Part shown: one piece after another, positions 29,101-37,895 of the stretch
How positions within the stretch are numbered: the stretch's first letter is position 1
How the letters are laid out: every line of letters begins with the position of its first letter
Source of the DNA: an uncultured virus (IMG/VR IMGVR_UViG_3300030202_002850)
Lineage: Duplodnaviria; Heunggongvirae; Uroviricota; Caudoviricetes
Strand: one strand, 5' to 3'
DNA: 64,000 nt
Virus record (IMG/VR): IMGVR_UViG_3300030202_002850
Location: 1 to 64,000 of that record
Translations under genes and position numbers: made by a program
The notes under the pieces: model-generated
The model's input: only the letters and a program-made list of their open reading frames with translations
Told to the model about the DNA's origin: nothing
Database searches by the model: none

Positions 29101-29660
29101 AATTGCTTAGCCCCAGCTTTAGCTACAGTACCAACTCCGCCAGTACCAATTAAAAAAGGAAGCTCTTGTGTTAGAGCTTCAGTCGCTTGGTAAGATAAGT
29201 TTGTAAGCTCACCGCCGCCAACAGCATCAAGCTCATCAACAACGTCATCTTGATACAACTGGCGAGCCATCTCGCTTTCTTTCCTAGCTGCAAGGACATC
29301 TTGATCGTCTCCAAAGATTGAAGCTCCTAATGCTTTTGCATCGGTAAGTGATTTATAAAGTGTTGGGGCCGCTCCAATACTTGGGAGCGTAAACATTTCT
29401 GGCTCTGACTTTATTCCTAAACCCTCAAGAGCTACGCTTGCTCCACCAGCAATTGTAGTTGGAGTGTCTTTCTCTCTCTCGAAAGCTATATCACTGTACT
29501 CCCCTATCAGTGATGCATAATCGCTATCAGTTGCGAGCCTGTTTCTTATCTTATCAAATTCGTCCTCTTCTTTTTTTTTACGTTGAGCTATAAGATCAGC
29601 CTCGTAATCTTCATAACTAAGAAAAGGAGTGAATTGATTAGGTGTTAAAAAGCTAGACAT
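20178..29660 (-). CDS. giant internal virion/DNA ejection protein (3160 aa)
   Basis: Last gene of the structural operon; Gly/Ala-rich N-terminal region, degenerate AEEIAH, hydrophobic C-terminal helices. Confidence 0.7.
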   Translation of the reverse strand: MSSFLTPNQFTPFLSYEDYEADLIAQRKKKEEDEFDKIRNRLATDSDYASLIGEYSDIAFEREKDTPTTIAGGASVALEGLGIKSEPEMFTLPSIGAAPTLYKSLTDAKALGASIFGDDQDVLAARKESEMARQLYQDDVVDELDAVGGGELTNLSYQATEALTQELPFLIGTGGVGTVAKAGAKQLLKKAATKNLAKATAAKRGGDLGASLVERQIVEKFDDTVNTIGRRATMGSLASVHGVRSASGTFTEAAEQIAADNYKKILSAEPGIDPLEARDQAYLQAQYGALKPAIASGAITASLVSLFGATGIERVFANPTKGREVIKDFYGIFTRTGSDASKQFGAEFVEEGLDSTLQGILAQKTFDPKRSNIDIFTRGLHDGFLGGLSGAKIGGTTAFAQNFESWVNTKTGKRGIEGREVDDFAPDIEAFIRKHAEEFDIAEEDIPNAAKKIEEAMLKQYDQYSKEAEGVTPEQTEEDVVTPDDGLSEPVVGEDMLNQSFAEGKADAESGFTSSSITKYNRLKKEFGEEVASAYMEGFSSVDQTQLEKQLEDDTAPIGQPTTLRQEVKDESTPMDSTRYQNLNQKKAEKDEDAGSLDQARESVATNTIPEDDGTPRSAMEGVNPTDRFGFNREERVTEEEELEPGLSEARNKIKDGYNKLSRENESGGGLNNFRNKAKGLLNNIKDVANRKVRKKPTPKKSTSEPLPESVFKDLNKTQRYLEVSKPDEKKKATKKKVAKKKGPSAKLPETKQDKAAKPVSRKKSEDQKELETEIKQERESYTDPDPGTIVLASQRGAGNKRYYPEAIQGKKASEEYDINLTLGPNQNPLSIKINRTTGKIDVGYIRQGKRQWVYRLTEEGLNQVTVDSRDGKKGKQVINGAIIPDSMLTKNALANLDEEGNPLENPIWEFNSSNKISKKVSEAKTKLKRKGSDKTFAEEIISNVKDEKTKTALGLMLESGMLSEEGINSIILATNRYRKEGVYPRAELSAQKLGQLLENSFQLLTEGSRYNEIMGRNTQGRQITDTENLEQDSLKKLSGEVTVTENKDKDGIIKLKVSGRTMYLRQYKQGFAFAYDKKSVKEESPDYSKVSEDSKLNSKNQTQAKKELVKIVQEDFEGMNLVAISNIVARSKEQKGMEETQSRTLESIDESKVEDGEVSNRLADVPSSEVDAAPETNEAAIERESLGGRQADVIQKYIDVISNSKVLAGRLEALREEGHIDEQGFINNPEKVLEWAKAVDPRTANAIADVAYELYQRIHGSQAKIKAKKPQAENTTGVANETQTAQGKQQLEDLLSRDDIGLSQEQRSQGLRLLQSIHPDLLQSLTMEVVPKIDSDGNTNITYEGTFNSVLNLARIASNGNTSPDVVAEEIAHFTAKLLPQNLRSEARSLRNSELSKKVAQLSKRKDERGKRSYQVLKQIQSRGEVTSQQYPELLPDLNEEALNEIIQDTYYLSNTDEYYANGLVNRNNQSAFRKGVEYVKSIVDAILSAASLKGARLRNRERQFYSEVAAIFNVPKQASIVRAAMPGGMLFRNNVESASVSAVTNPSRVESGVRLLQEQGKDDKAANLVRQSAAATSKVDTLIRKHIPADANESVRKMLNLSKGDRINALTNQLPEKAEFETIIQKFIDDGHPELANATSLYAFEFLKIIERRREVLNKRLTKLEEEIKGEQFAKRMRDVVGKKTAADWYREAEADASKALDTAIKILSTGEITSEMARNSSVVQAVSDLAVLQQMQRNTPDLNNKVKEVVSLLYSTPTGQEILLKDPSTIPNTAEFGNEIFNWLKEVKKGLGEKITSKDRDMYRVASTLISSNANIKKNMLAVALSEDPDINMLDVESSAKALIGAIKDPSTRAKAIKDAMKDVRDLTTKKARAQLLMQQSLGNIKAKLRSLSNTKEAIATLDRVLSDPEFVEYRRVTGEAAGLSEDKPSGLPDIFEEFAEGYITIPKPPNKIDSQDKQENVVKVKLLSGGKNGDVSALENLAKLKEAASDIQNWLSENPDSPYFGFYNNTLKRINSMYLSEMVMHHTTNQRATPTKYGQTIFLGVMDAMLSDLPTKSAAIAKKYVEAHNLYYSWFSAWQERTQPKWRNLVYDAAKSHGYEKQWFGERTTAIEAVRQWNEDVGRELRASYQEDGNNYEAGQALSNGHVVTNEDIELLQYEAQITEEAFQFNKEVTEYNEDIQPQKIKGILGTMRLPVKRGKMMLPRRFSDTGINLIEEYAQFKDSPKSSLYDILFNESEETSNALIAFIGDRNPQWVRSTKEDGISESVYNTIAAEVREKRHEDVDMSVPDYVAQRIADIGSLESVSKAKEMLMEDIAPVLDNLEKVMGKEVKEPEGESSVTVQNYRSASPFETQRKDVLAPYFFYDYGFNNDYEFGGFGFKGATGPAANVVRAIDSAVQELNNLSTGNLIGKLEEKYAKRLGLRKKNRKVQEAIAKELGMDIKVGGVYPDVRKFIRSKIALLEKYSDGYKKAFTQVGSSEYSADLAPGGGERFYRSTIGGVLMSILTLSRNLAEAPIHGGVTYNNLLGNGAVLTPKGFAIGMVYTLQQALTLALKTGYYGGKAATVGVVTKSLPSAIKKGIETKGRPDAILRGFLHPITEEIANVIPQRNREYEMLAQRGLSMPVDPSETAGNFDRFVETGGRLVESSDNLLARTLGGIMGQYESGLALVGKPIFPRLGDLYGNNILAKLGYNVAHHLEKRAREAYYARKEEGVSLDEFITPEELTNGNKASFSEMRNFASKAGVSNIDETVKEFWAKLEAAERTGESTRHINLFTAPQRDSMASVMVTTINMATPSNRPLQFRTSSAARWFFPLMGWPANAATVWAKAAFGRSGQAGRLREFFNSMIWIGMALGSAVPENWVFEMLMREVEQVAFGRQRITVLPNETSSTEEKALSYLGLASTPVPFVGGALNAYFTGLPGRAINTPGNLLIGKIGDVVHFASDVAGGDFKGDAWSVHGVKFANSFLPITRAVTRFMPYAEGMNRNLNGVRLIRRLTLNREDNMKSPTAFTRSPFSTGNSNALTAPKKIWAGHVGNGNFKEAKRTFNYMVEIAVEQKLYKNRDEARRQIRSALRGLSPIRGAWKSSPTKRAFYEGLRTNNPEDLRYVKDLLDDWDKGLRQIGGGSVFRESTTRRVSSSGRPGRNLSRNLSRNLSR
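26667..26687. repeat. 21-bp palindromic motif (intragenic, partial)
   Basis: TAATAACTGGCCCAGTTTTTG. Confidence 0.65.
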
Positions 29661-31663
29661 TAAATTAAATCCTCAATAATTAAATAATTCTTAGAAAGCC
29701 TATCTGTTGCTATAGCCATTGCCTGTTCTCCTGAGATTTCTGGAGATTCGACTTGTTTAAGATAAGCTGGTAGCAAAACATTCATTGCATATTCTTTTGT
29801 TACAGGAGCTTTATTTGCTCCAAACTTGCCATACTCATAAGGATCAAGCATTGGAATGCTTTTTGAATCAGTGCTAAGAAGGGGCTTCCCAGTAAAAACT
29901 GTCCCGTAAGCTCCTTGTATAGCCTGAATAGGAAGCTTTCCTATGCCAGCAGCCATGCCTCCTAAATTAGTCCAAGCTTTACTTCCTTGATGTAGATTAC
30001 TTCCAGATATAGTAGTTCCCCCTCTTTGGAACCAGTTTCCAGATGGATCAAACATACCTTCATCTCCCTGAATTGTTGGTGGAGTACCCATTATCTCTTC
30101 TGGTGTTTGGCCTTGGGCTAAACGCTCTTGAACCTCAGAAGTTATTTTATTATCTCCTGTTTGGAATCCAACCATTTCATCTGGCAGTGGTGGTGGCTCG
30201 CTAGAATCTGGTGTTGGCTCTGGTGTTGGCTCTGGTGTTGGAGTCATAGGAGACACAAGATCAGCCGCTCCTTGCCCTATGTTATATAAACTGTTCGGTA
30301 TTCCGCCCTCGCTTACATTCTGAACTTGATCTCCGTAATAATAGTTAGGGTCGTCTGAAAAATCACCCGGCTCTAATGGGAAAACTTGTCCTGTTTTTTC
30401 GTCAACCACACCAGTAAATCGATCACCAACCATTCCTTTAGTTGGGAACAAAAACTTACTTGGCTCTTTGAGTGATTTTGCGAATCTTGGGTTACGAAGA
30501 TCTCCCATTATAAACTTGCCGTACTGTTTATCTCCCAACAATTTACCAATGCTTTCAGAATCTTCAGCGGCATCGTTTATCCACTGATCAGTGGTATCAA
30601 CTTCTAATATAGCTTCATCACGACTTTTACCACCCTCTATAAGTTCTTCTATTTTATCTGCTCTTGCTTGACCTAGCAGCCTCCCGTATTCACGTTCAAC
30701 ATATGCAGAATCTTGATTCATTCGCTCAGCTTCTAAGTTCTGATTTCTCATAAGCTCATTAAGCCTGTACTTATCTTGCATTGTAAGCTGAGAAATGTTT
30801 TCAGGTTCTTTTGAATAAGTATATAGCGAGCGAGGGTTGTTCTTTATAATGTCTTCAACCGCCTTGATTTGATCATCTCTTAGAGATTGATCTACTTTCG
30901 CTTGTTCTTCTTCTGTTGTTTTATTAAAAGCATCAAAACCTCCAACTGCTTGAGTTATATCTAATGGATTTTTAACACCAGACTTATCAAGCATATTAAC
31001 AAACTGATCTCTAGACATATCAGAATAGTAACCCTTGGAAGCATTATCCATTAATTGCTTCATTCGATTAGACTGGGCTGTTCTACTAGCTGATCTGCTT
31101 GCTGTTGCTTGCCTCTTTAAAGCAGCATCTCTTTTTTGTGCAATTGAAGCAGCCCTATAAGCATTAAGTTGCCTTTGCTGCGCCATGCTTTGTTGGCGAG
31201 CTAAGGCTTTATCTCTTTCAGAGATGCGAAGCGCTCTTTCTTTTTCAAAGATCTGCCTAGCTACAGCGGCATTCTTTTGTGACTGAGCTTGCTCTTGCTG
31301 CCTTTCTGCTCCTTTTTCTTTTCGATAAGAATCAAACCCTTCTGCGCTAGGAGTTATTCCAAATGAATTCGCATATGAATTATAATCCTCTAAATCTTGT
31401 GTGTCCCTTGCCTCCTTGCCTACCGCTAAAGCTTCCTCGAAAGAGTCATAAGCTATACCCGGAGTGAATGCTGAAAAAAACTTTTGGTTAGTATTAAACC
31501 CTTGCTCACTAGGAGTATTGGAGTAGCCTAAATTAGATGAAGCAAAGTTACTCCCTCCAAATCTGCCAGTGCCTCCAGTACTTGTGCCAAACATAGGCTT
31601 ATAGTCTTTCATGTACGGACGCTTATAAGCAGTCCTTCTTAGGATTTCATCAAAAGTTGCCAT
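29660..31663 (-). CDS. putative internal virion/ejection protein
   Basis: 667 aa, Q/A/R-rich coiled coil, PEPT linker; position. Confidence 0.6.
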   Translation of the reverse strand: MATFDEILRRTAYKRPYMKDYKPMFGTSTGGTGRFGGSNFASSNLGYSNTPSEQGFNTNQKFFSAFTPGIAYDSFEEALAVGKEARDTQDLEDYNSYANSFGITPSAEGFDSYRKEKGAERQQEQAQSQKNAAVARQIFEKERALRISERDKALARQQSMAQQRQLNAYRAASIAQKRDAALKRQATASRSASRTAQSNRMKQLMDNASKGYYSDMSRDQFVNMLDKSGVKNPLDITQAVGGFDAFNKTTEEEQAKVDQSLRDDQIKAVEDIIKNNPRSLYTYSKEPENISQLTMQDKYRLNELMRNQNLEAERMNQDSAYVEREYGRLLGQARADKIEELIEGGKSRDEAILEVDTTDQWINDAAEDSESIGKLLGDKQYGKFIMGDLRNPRFAKSLKEPSKFLFPTKGMVGDRFTGVVDEKTGQVFPLEPGDFSDDPNYYYGDQVQNVSEGGIPNSLYNIGQGAADLVSPMTPTPEPTPEPTPDSSEPPPLPDEMVGFQTGDNKITSEVQERLAQGQTPEEIMGTPPTIQGDEGMFDPSGNWFQRGGTTISGSNLHQGSKAWTNLGGMAAGIGKLPIQAIQGAYGTVFTGKPLLSTDSKSIPMLDPYEYGKFGANKAPVTKEYAMNVLLPAYLKQVESPEISGEQAMAIATDRLSKNYLIIEDLI

Positions 31664-32589
31664 TATACTTGCCTTAAAACTTTAGGGTATGTGTTGACTG
31701 GCTCTGCATATTGATAGCCATAAAGGTTATTTACAGGGTTAACTCCGTACCCTAAAAAGGGCCGACTAGGAAACCTTGCAAAAGGTTCAGATTGATTCAT
31801 GTCATATGCATAACCATCACCCGGAACAACCATAGGCTCCATACCTTGAGCCTGAAGTGCTGCTTGATATTCTTGTTGTTGTGTAAATTCTGGTGTTTCT
31901 GCTAATTGGTAAACAGTGTTAGCCCTATCTGCTGCGCCTAACTGACCTAATAAACCAGCTTGTTGACCTAGAAGCCCAAGCCTAGCTTGTTCCCCCATTA
32001 GCTCTCTACCAGCCAGCCTGTCGTATATCCCCTGCCTTTGACCAACTGCTCCACTCCTAAGCCTATTGAGGTAATCAAAGTCCGCCCTCCTCTGGTCGGC
32101 CATACGATTAGCAATATCAGTTTCTATTGCTAGGTTTCGATCCAAGGCCATTCTGTCCAACCTACTTGAAGCGCCGCCCCTGCTTCTAAAGCCTGAAAGT
32201 TTTAAATCTCTTCGGGCATTTTGTCTTGCTAAGTCACCAGCACGACGAAGCGCGTCAGCAGAATCATTGCGAATATCAGATAAGTTAGACTCTGCTGTGC
32301 CATCAAAATAACTTGATAAGTAATCGGACTCTTGACCAGCAAACTGCTTTGCTTTGCCTTGGTTTAAAGCGTTATCGTAATTTCGTAGAGTTCTGTCAGT
32401 AGATTTTTGATCCCCAACATTACCCATTATCCCCCTTATCTTGTCAGATAAATCGCCTGACTTTTTATTTTCTATGATTTGGTAAGGATTTTGAGTCTGA
32501 CTAGGCTGGTCAGATTGGATTCCACTTACAGGCTGGGCAATCATATTGCCTCCGCGCTGGTTCTTTTTAAGCCTGTCAAATACAGCCAT
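31663..32589 (-). CDS. putative internal virion/ejection protein
   Basis: 308 aa, Q/G/A-rich helical; position. Confidence 0.6.
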   Translation of the reverse strand: MAVFDRLKKNQRGGNMIAQPVSGIQSDQPSQTQNPYQIIENKKSGDLSDKIRGIMGNVGDQKSTDRTLRNYDNALNQGKAKQFAGQESDYLSSYFDGTAESNLSDIRNDSADALRRAGDLARQNARRDLKLSGFRSRGGASSRLDRMALDRNLAIETDIANRMADQRRADFDYLNRLRSGAVGQRQGIYDRLAGRELMGEQARLGLLGQQAGLLGQLGAADRANTVYQLAETPEFTQQQEYQAALQAQGMEPMVVPGDGYAYDMNQSEPFARFPSRPFLGYGVNPVNNLYGYQYAEPVNTYPKVLRQV

Positions 32590-32598
32590 AACAGCCGA

Positions 32599-32607
32599 AT
32601 TTTATCA
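32599..32607 (-). promoter_or_regulatory. extended -10 element (TGA-TAAAAT), 9 nt before ATG
   Basis: Minus strand TGATAAAATTCGGCTGTTATG. Confidence 0.4.
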
Positions 32608-32625
32608 CAAGCACATATGAACTAG

Positions 32626-33390
32626 CTAATTACCTTTAAGTATATTTTCAACAGAAACAACCCAGTCATCTAAAGCCTTACTGTACTCTTGTATTTCTGG
32701 GTCAGTAGATCGATGGAATTTATCTATAATATCGTCACTCCACTTCGGCATAAACGGAACAACTGGTATGGCAATATCAGCAGAAATATTTTGAGAGTCT
32801 TGCGATTGAGATCCTGTAGATGAACCAGAAAAATCCTCATACTTGTATGCAGCTATAGCATAATAATTTGTTGGAGCTTGAGGGTATTCAAATGCTGTTC
32901 CTTCGAGACCGTTTATGTCACTTAACAAAGATGTGTAAACAGAAATTCTTGGCCTCTCTTCTTTATACTCCTTAATGTAAAAACTCCCACCATTGGTTAT
33001 AAAGGTATCAAGCCAATATTTAAGAAACAGATATTCGTATTCATTTAGTTTTCTTCTTGCTGCAAATGTTAGAATAACTATGACATGTCCTCCCCAGTTT
33101 ACAGGGCCACCCCAAACTCCGCTTTTACTTTGCCCGGTGCTTCTTGGTCTTCTTTGATTCCAAGGACTGCTTAGCTTTATGTTGAATCCATTCCTCGACC
33201 TTCTCCACTCATCATATGAATTATTAGGCTCAACACTAGAAGCGTAATCTGCATATTCATTAAGCAAATCTAACTCCTCATTAGTCCACGCATTGCTATT
33301 AACCATCCTGTCCCAAGATTCTACAAGGTTTTTTGTTTGGTTATCGGTAAGGGCATCAGCCCACATGCTATAAATTAACTCATCTGGCAT
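32626..33390 (-). CDS. hypothetical structural-region protein
   Basis: 254-aa ORF. Confidence 0.7.
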   Translation of the reverse strand: MPDELIYSMWADALTDNQTKNLVESWDRMVNSNAWTNEELDLLNEYADYASSVEPNNSYDEWRRSRNGFNIKLSSPWNQRRPRSTGQSKSGVWGGPVNWGGHVIVILTFAARRKLNEYEYLFLKYWLDTFITNGGSFYIKEYKEERPRISVYTSLLSDINGLEGTAFEYPQAPTNYYAIAAYKYEDFSGSSTGSQSQDSQNISADIAIPVVPFMPKWSDDIIDKFHRSTDPEIQEYSKALDDWVVSVENILKGN

Positions 33391-33881
33391 TAGCTTAAAT
33401 TGTCTTGAACAGATTTAACCCATTCTTGCAACTCTTCCTCATATTTATTCCAGTCTTTTAATAATTCTGGGAACTTCACCTTCACTCCGTGAGGCACTCT
33501 AGGGAATTCTGGCAAGGGGTTTTTCAAAGCTTTAGATTTTACAGGGGCAAACCTAGCAAAAACTCCACCACCTCTATTTGATCCACCACCTCCAGAAGAG
33601 ACATTTAAAAAATCAGAAAGCTTTTCATCAATAAAATGAACATATGATCTTGTTATACCATCTTCAAGAAGTTCATAGATTTGCCCATTATATAAATCTA
33701 AATACAATGGAGGCGCTTCTGTTCCTCTACCCGGAAAGTCTATCTTATAATCGTTATCTGGATTAGATAAAAACCAAAGCCGCCTTATCTCGTCAGACGT
33801 TAGCGGCCTTGCCCTTGCTTGATCAATAAGGGAATCAATAGTTCCCCTGTCTTCAGCATTAAGATTTCTTAGTCTCGGCAT
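33390..33881 (-). CDS. hypothetical structural-region protein
   Basis: 163-aa ORF. Confidence 0.7.
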   Translation of the reverse strand: MPRLRNLNAEDRGTIDSLIDQARARPLTSDEIRRLWFLSNPDNDYKIDFPGRGTEAPPLYLDLYNGQIYELLEDGITRSYVHFIDEKLSDFLNVSSGGGGSNRGGGVFARFAPVKSKALKNPLPEFPRVPHGVKVKFPELLKDWNKYEEELQEWVKSVQDNLS

Positions 33882-35853
33882 ATAACCTAATTGCGCTTAA
33901 CTCAAACTGACCATCAGTACCATACACTGATATCTGGTAATAAATGTTTCTACCCCTTGTGTAACACGGCCAATTCAATTCTTCATTAGCCCTAGTTCCA
34001 TCTTCTTTGTGGGCTTTACTTCCTTTATCGGTAACGCACTTAATATTCTTACTAACAGGGTCAGTCCAGACAAGACCACACCCTAAAGTTTTCGTATTAG
34101 AATCCACAGCTTGTGCTGATTGACCAACAATTAAATCAATTCCACCGCCGTTAGACGCATGTTCAAATTCAAGAATAAACGTCCTTAAAAGTTTTTCATG
34201 TTGAGGGCTATTGAGCCTTAAAGCTGGGCTTCTTAGTAAAGACCTGAAATCAGTTTCTTCATATGTTCCGCATCCAGATTTTGATATGCATTTAGTTCTT
34301 GTAAAGCTACCTCCATCAGCCTTTAAACAATTGTCTGTAGCATAAGACATAACAAAAACCGCTTCTTCATCACAAGTATCAGAACAAAGATCAGCAAATT
34401 TTTGATTTGCTAATTTAGTAAACAAGCTTCCAGAGGCTGCGGCTCCAAATAAATCTTCTGATGTCGTAGTGTCTGAGTCGTATTCAGTATTATATACCTT
34501 TGCTGTTGTTGAATAAATACTATCAATAGCAGGGGAACATAATGTAGTGCTAAAATTATCAGAACCATCACAATTACTTGGGCCTTCAGGGGTTTCCCTA
34601 AAGCTTGCAATTTTAGCCTCAGTACACACGCAATTGTTTATTAAAAATTCACCAAGGCTTGTGTAAGATTTAGATGTATGAGTAACAAAATCATGGAAAC
34701 CAGCATCCATGTAAGAAACGTGCTGATGTTTAATATTAATAATAATTGTTTTTGAATTTTTTGTTGATCCTTTTTCTGGCCAACTAATCCAAACTTCATC
34801 TGTAAGAGAATTGAAAGACGCTACAGGAAGATCACATAAGTCAGAATTAATATCATTCACAATAATACTACTAGCAACATGCAACCAGTCTGGCTTATCT
34901 GGTTTTGCTCTATACGCATTATAAAAGTACACACCATCTCTCCCTAAGTAAAAATGATTATCACCCGCTGCAATCAATGTGTTCTTATAAAAGGGAAGAG
35001 AGTTTCCATTGTCTTCATCTGTATATCTTTTACGAAAAGAAAGAACATCTGTGCCTGTTCCTCCAGCAATATCGAACTGCCATATTCCTCTTTCAGTGTA
35101 AACAAGAAGTGAATTTGCTATAGGCTCCATGCCCACAATGTTCTCACCATGTCCAAGGTCTTGATACCCAGCAAGAGAATCGTCCACTTCAGCTTCAACT
35201 CTTAAAGGGTTTTTAAAGTCACTCCAAACAAGTCTATCGGGTATCCATTCATTGTGTTCATGCACATTTCCGTAGAACATTAACCCTCTCCATTCTTTAA
35301 TATGCTTGATTCTATTTAAACCAACAGCCGAGAATCCTTCTATTTCTTTTACAGAGTTAACATTGCTTGAGCTTGTTCCTTCTACTGGTTGATCTATATT
35401 CCAGTAATAAGGTTTAGAGGATTCATTTACAAAGACACAATGATTACCAAGATAAGCAACTTTCCATCTTCCAGAGCCACCTAGTTCATCACCAATTATT
35501 TTCCAATTTTTTGTTTTAGGGTTGTACGAGTAAAGGCGAGATTTAGTTCCAGCTATCAACTTCCCAAAGCCTTCTGTAGTTTTTACTTGCTCAACCAGTG
35601 TAATATCTTCTTCGACTGCATTAGAGTTTGATGACTTGGAAAGAAGCTGATCCCTCAAATCAGAGTTAACCCCGGCAGTAGGGAACAACTTAGTCCAACC
35701 CTTTGATCTTTCAAGAGTCCCTGCTGCGTTCACCCTAAAGTTTTGAACCCATCTATGCGCCCCAGCAACTACACTATCTGGTGATGTTTGAGGGTCTAAA
35801 GGCCCAGTTAAAGGTCTAATCTCGTATAATTTAGCTCTTGGTGAAACTTGCAT
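33859..35853 (-). CDS. tail nozzle/DNA stabilisation protein (tubular protein B/gp10-like)
   Basis: 664 aa, beta-propeller-like (RLVWSD...P, FYLGRDGVY, EVWISWP); position. Confidence 0.7.
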   Translation of the reverse strand: MQVSPRAKLYEIRPLTGPLDPQTSPDSVVAGAHRWVQNFRVNAAGTLERSKGWTKLFPTAGVNSDLRDQLLSKSSNSNAVEEDITLVEQVKTTEGFGKLIAGTKSRLYSYNPKTKNWKIIGDELGGSGRWKVAYLGNHCVFVNESSKPYYWNIDQPVEGTSSSNVNSVKEIEGFSAVGLNRIKHIKEWRGLMFYGNVHEHNEWIPDRLVWSDFKNPLRVEAEVDDSLAGYQDLGHGENIVGMEPIANSLLVYTERGIWQFDIAGGTGTDVLSFRKRYTDEDNGNSLPFYKNTLIAAGDNHFYLGRDGVYFYNAYRAKPDKPDWLHVASSIIVNDINSDLCDLPVASFNSLTDEVWISWPEKGSTKNSKTIIINIKHQHVSYMDAGFHDFVTHTSKSYTSLGEFLINNCVCTEAKIASFRETPEGPSNCDGSDNFSTTLCSPAIDSIYSTTAKVYNTEYDSDTTTSEDLFGAAASGSLFTKLANQKFADLCSDTCDEEAVFVMSYATDNCLKADGGSFTRTKCISKSGCGTYEETDFRSLLRSPALRLNSPQHEKLLRTFILEFEHASNGGGIDLIVGQSAQAVDSNTKTLGCGLVWTDPVSKNIKCVTDKGSKAHKEDGTRANEELNWPCYTRGRNIYYQISVYGTDGQFELSAIRLYAETKKS

Positions 35854-35873
35854 AATATCTGGCCCAGTTATTT
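35853..35873. repeat. 21-bp palindromic motif
   Basis: Minus strand TAA-ATAACTGGGCCAGATATT-ATG, stop to start. Confidence 0.92.
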
Positions 35874-37893
35874 AATAATCATTTTGAGCAGTAGAAGAAT
35901 AAGTAATCCAAGCTGCGCCCCCAAATGCATGCCCCCCCTTAGCATATGGAGCAATATTTTCTTTTGTTGACCCAATTGATCCAGAACCCCCGGAACCCGG
36001 AGCGCCTAAATCAAATCCATTAGATGGCCTACCGAATTTATTTGCATCAGCACTGCCCGGACTATTGAACGAAGGCTTAGCTGAATCCCAAATGTAACCA
36101 CCAACTCCAGCATCTCCGCCTAGTGATGTCCCTTTTTGACCAGAAGTACTATCAGTTCCAGACGTACCAGCATATTCAAGTTTTCCTACTGCTGATGCAG
36201 TCCCAAGTTTTGCGCCTGTATTTAAAGTGCAAACCCCTGTTGCTCCAACTGATCTATTTGTTGTTGATGCAGCCCCAAGCTTCGCTCCTCCGTCACCGCC
36301 TCGACCAGTAAAGTCGCTAGTTACATCTTTGTAGCCGCCACCTTTACCATGAGAAACTCTTGCAACTTCTTGCCAGTTGTTACTGCTTGTAAATATCTCT
36401 AAAACTGTCACATAACCACTACCGCTTCCGTTGTTTGTAGCGTTTGAATCACTTGCATGAGGCTCTCCAGCTTTAGGCTCAGTAGCAGCATTTGCTCTGC
36501 CCTCTCCTCCTCTGTTAAACGGAAGCACCTGAGATAAGTGATCCGCTCCAGACATTGAGTTTGTAGTTTGGTTTCTTGCTGCGTAATCAACTAATGCGCC
36601 AGCACTGTCTAATGTTCTGCACCTTACTTTAGATACGCCGTTTGTTCCATCAACACTTGAATTCAAAATATTGAAAGAAGCAATAAGCAATGCTCCACCT
36701 CCTCCGCCAGCACCCGGAATGTTTAATGCAACCTCATCAGAAGTTTTATTAAGTTTACCGTAGGAAGCAACAGACTGCCCTGTTGGGGTAAATGTAGTCC
36801 TTGCCGCCGAAACAGAATGAGCAACATAATCCGTACCTTTAATCTTAACAGTTTTGGAATTCACATATTCACTTACAACATAAAGACCATCCCAAGAAGT
36901 GCCTCCGTTTGAATCGATTGATTCTGTTAACCTTAATTGATCTCCTCTAGAAAAACCATGATCAGTGTAAGTTTCAAAAGTTGTTTCTGTTCCAGTGTCA
37001 TTTAAGTTTTTAATAAACGGTGAGTCATAAGTCTGAACTACATAATCTCCTCCACCAGCGCCACCACCTCCACCACCTCTAAGAACAACTCGCATAAAGC
37101 TTTTACCAGAGGGAACGGTTTGCTCATTCCCAGACCATAAAAGCTCATCGGAGTTGCCAGAAGATGAATAGCTAGTTGGATACTTAGCAAAAGCTTTTAC
37201 ATAATTGCTTAATGCCCCAGTTATGGTTTGATCAGTATCAAGATTCCTCCCTACAACCCAATAATGGTATAGAGTTTGGCTATCAACCTGACTCCCTGTG
37301 AAGTCAATACCGCCTTTACCGTCATAAATAGGGCCACCATTTATATCAACATACAAACAAGTGTTATCTTGCTTTCTGTGATACAAATAACCATCACTTG
37401 TTGTTCCTGTACCTTCAATTAATTGTTGGCCTTTCTGTATTCCTCCCCCACTCGGAGATATATCTTTTCTTAGCCTAGTTGCAAGCGTAGGAACTTCAGC
37501 ATCTGTTAATGTTGGCTTTGAATCTGTTGGTTTATATCTATATATATCGTAATGAGTTGCATTGCCAACATTATTCCATATTAAAGGTATGCCCCCGTCA
37601 TGCCTAAGCCCAGCAATTGTTTTAAGTATTGGCTTCTTTATTCTTCCTCCACCACTAGAGCCTGAACCCGGATTTGGGTCTACAGTTTCATCTACAGATT
37701 CACAATCAATAGCGCATACATCGTCCTTGAAGCTCTCTGTTAGATTTCCATCTTCATCCCAAATGTAAGCAACAAATTCATATACTTGTTTTGGGAAGTC
37801 AACCAGCACCCTTTTTAACCTATCACACACGGTTGGTGCATCCATGTTAGGTAACTTGTCTTTTAGATTGTTTGGTGTAATCGGACTAGGCAT
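35872..37893 (-). CDS. glycine-rich tail fibre/appendage protein
   Basis: 673 aa; Fn3-like segment, GGGGGGAGG repeats, DHGFSRGD motif. Confidence 0.7.
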   Translation of the reverse strand: MPSPITPNNLKDKLPNMDAPTVCDRLKRVLVDFPKQVYEFVAYIWDEDGNLTESFKDDVCAIDCESVDETVDPNPGSGSSGGGRIKKPILKTIAGLRHDGGIPLIWNNVGNATHYDIYRYKPTDSKPTLTDAEVPTLATRLRKDISPSGGGIQKGQQLIEGTGTTSDGYLYHRKQDNTCLYVDINGGPIYDGKGGIDFTGSQVDSQTLYHYWVVGRNLDTDQTITGALSNYVKAFAKYPTSYSSSGNSDELLWSGNEQTVPSGKSFMRVVLRGGGGGGAGGGDYVVQTYDSPFIKNLNDTGTETTFETYTDHGFSRGDQLRLTESIDSNGGTSWDGLYVVSEYVNSKTVKIKGTDYVAHSVSAARTTFTPTGQSVASYGKLNKTSDEVALNIPGAGGGGGALLIASFNILNSSVDGTNGVSKVRCRTLDSAGALVDYAARNQTTNSMSGADHLSQVLPFNRGGEGRANAATEPKAGEPHASDSNATNNGSGSGYVTVLEIFTSSNNWQEVARVSHGKGGGYKDVTSDFTGRGGDGGAKLGAASTTNRSVGATGVCTLNTGAKLGTASAVGKLEYAGTSGTDSTSGQKGTSLGGDAGVGGYIWDSAKPSFNSPGSADANKFGRPSNGFDLGAPGSGGSGSIGSTKENIAPYAKGGHAFGGAAWITYSSTAQNDY

Positions 37894-37895
37894 TT

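Noticed and set aside
20178..29660. Virion RNA polymerase (N4- or crAss-like)
   Set aside because: No DxDGD or single-subunit RNAP catalytic motifs were recognised.
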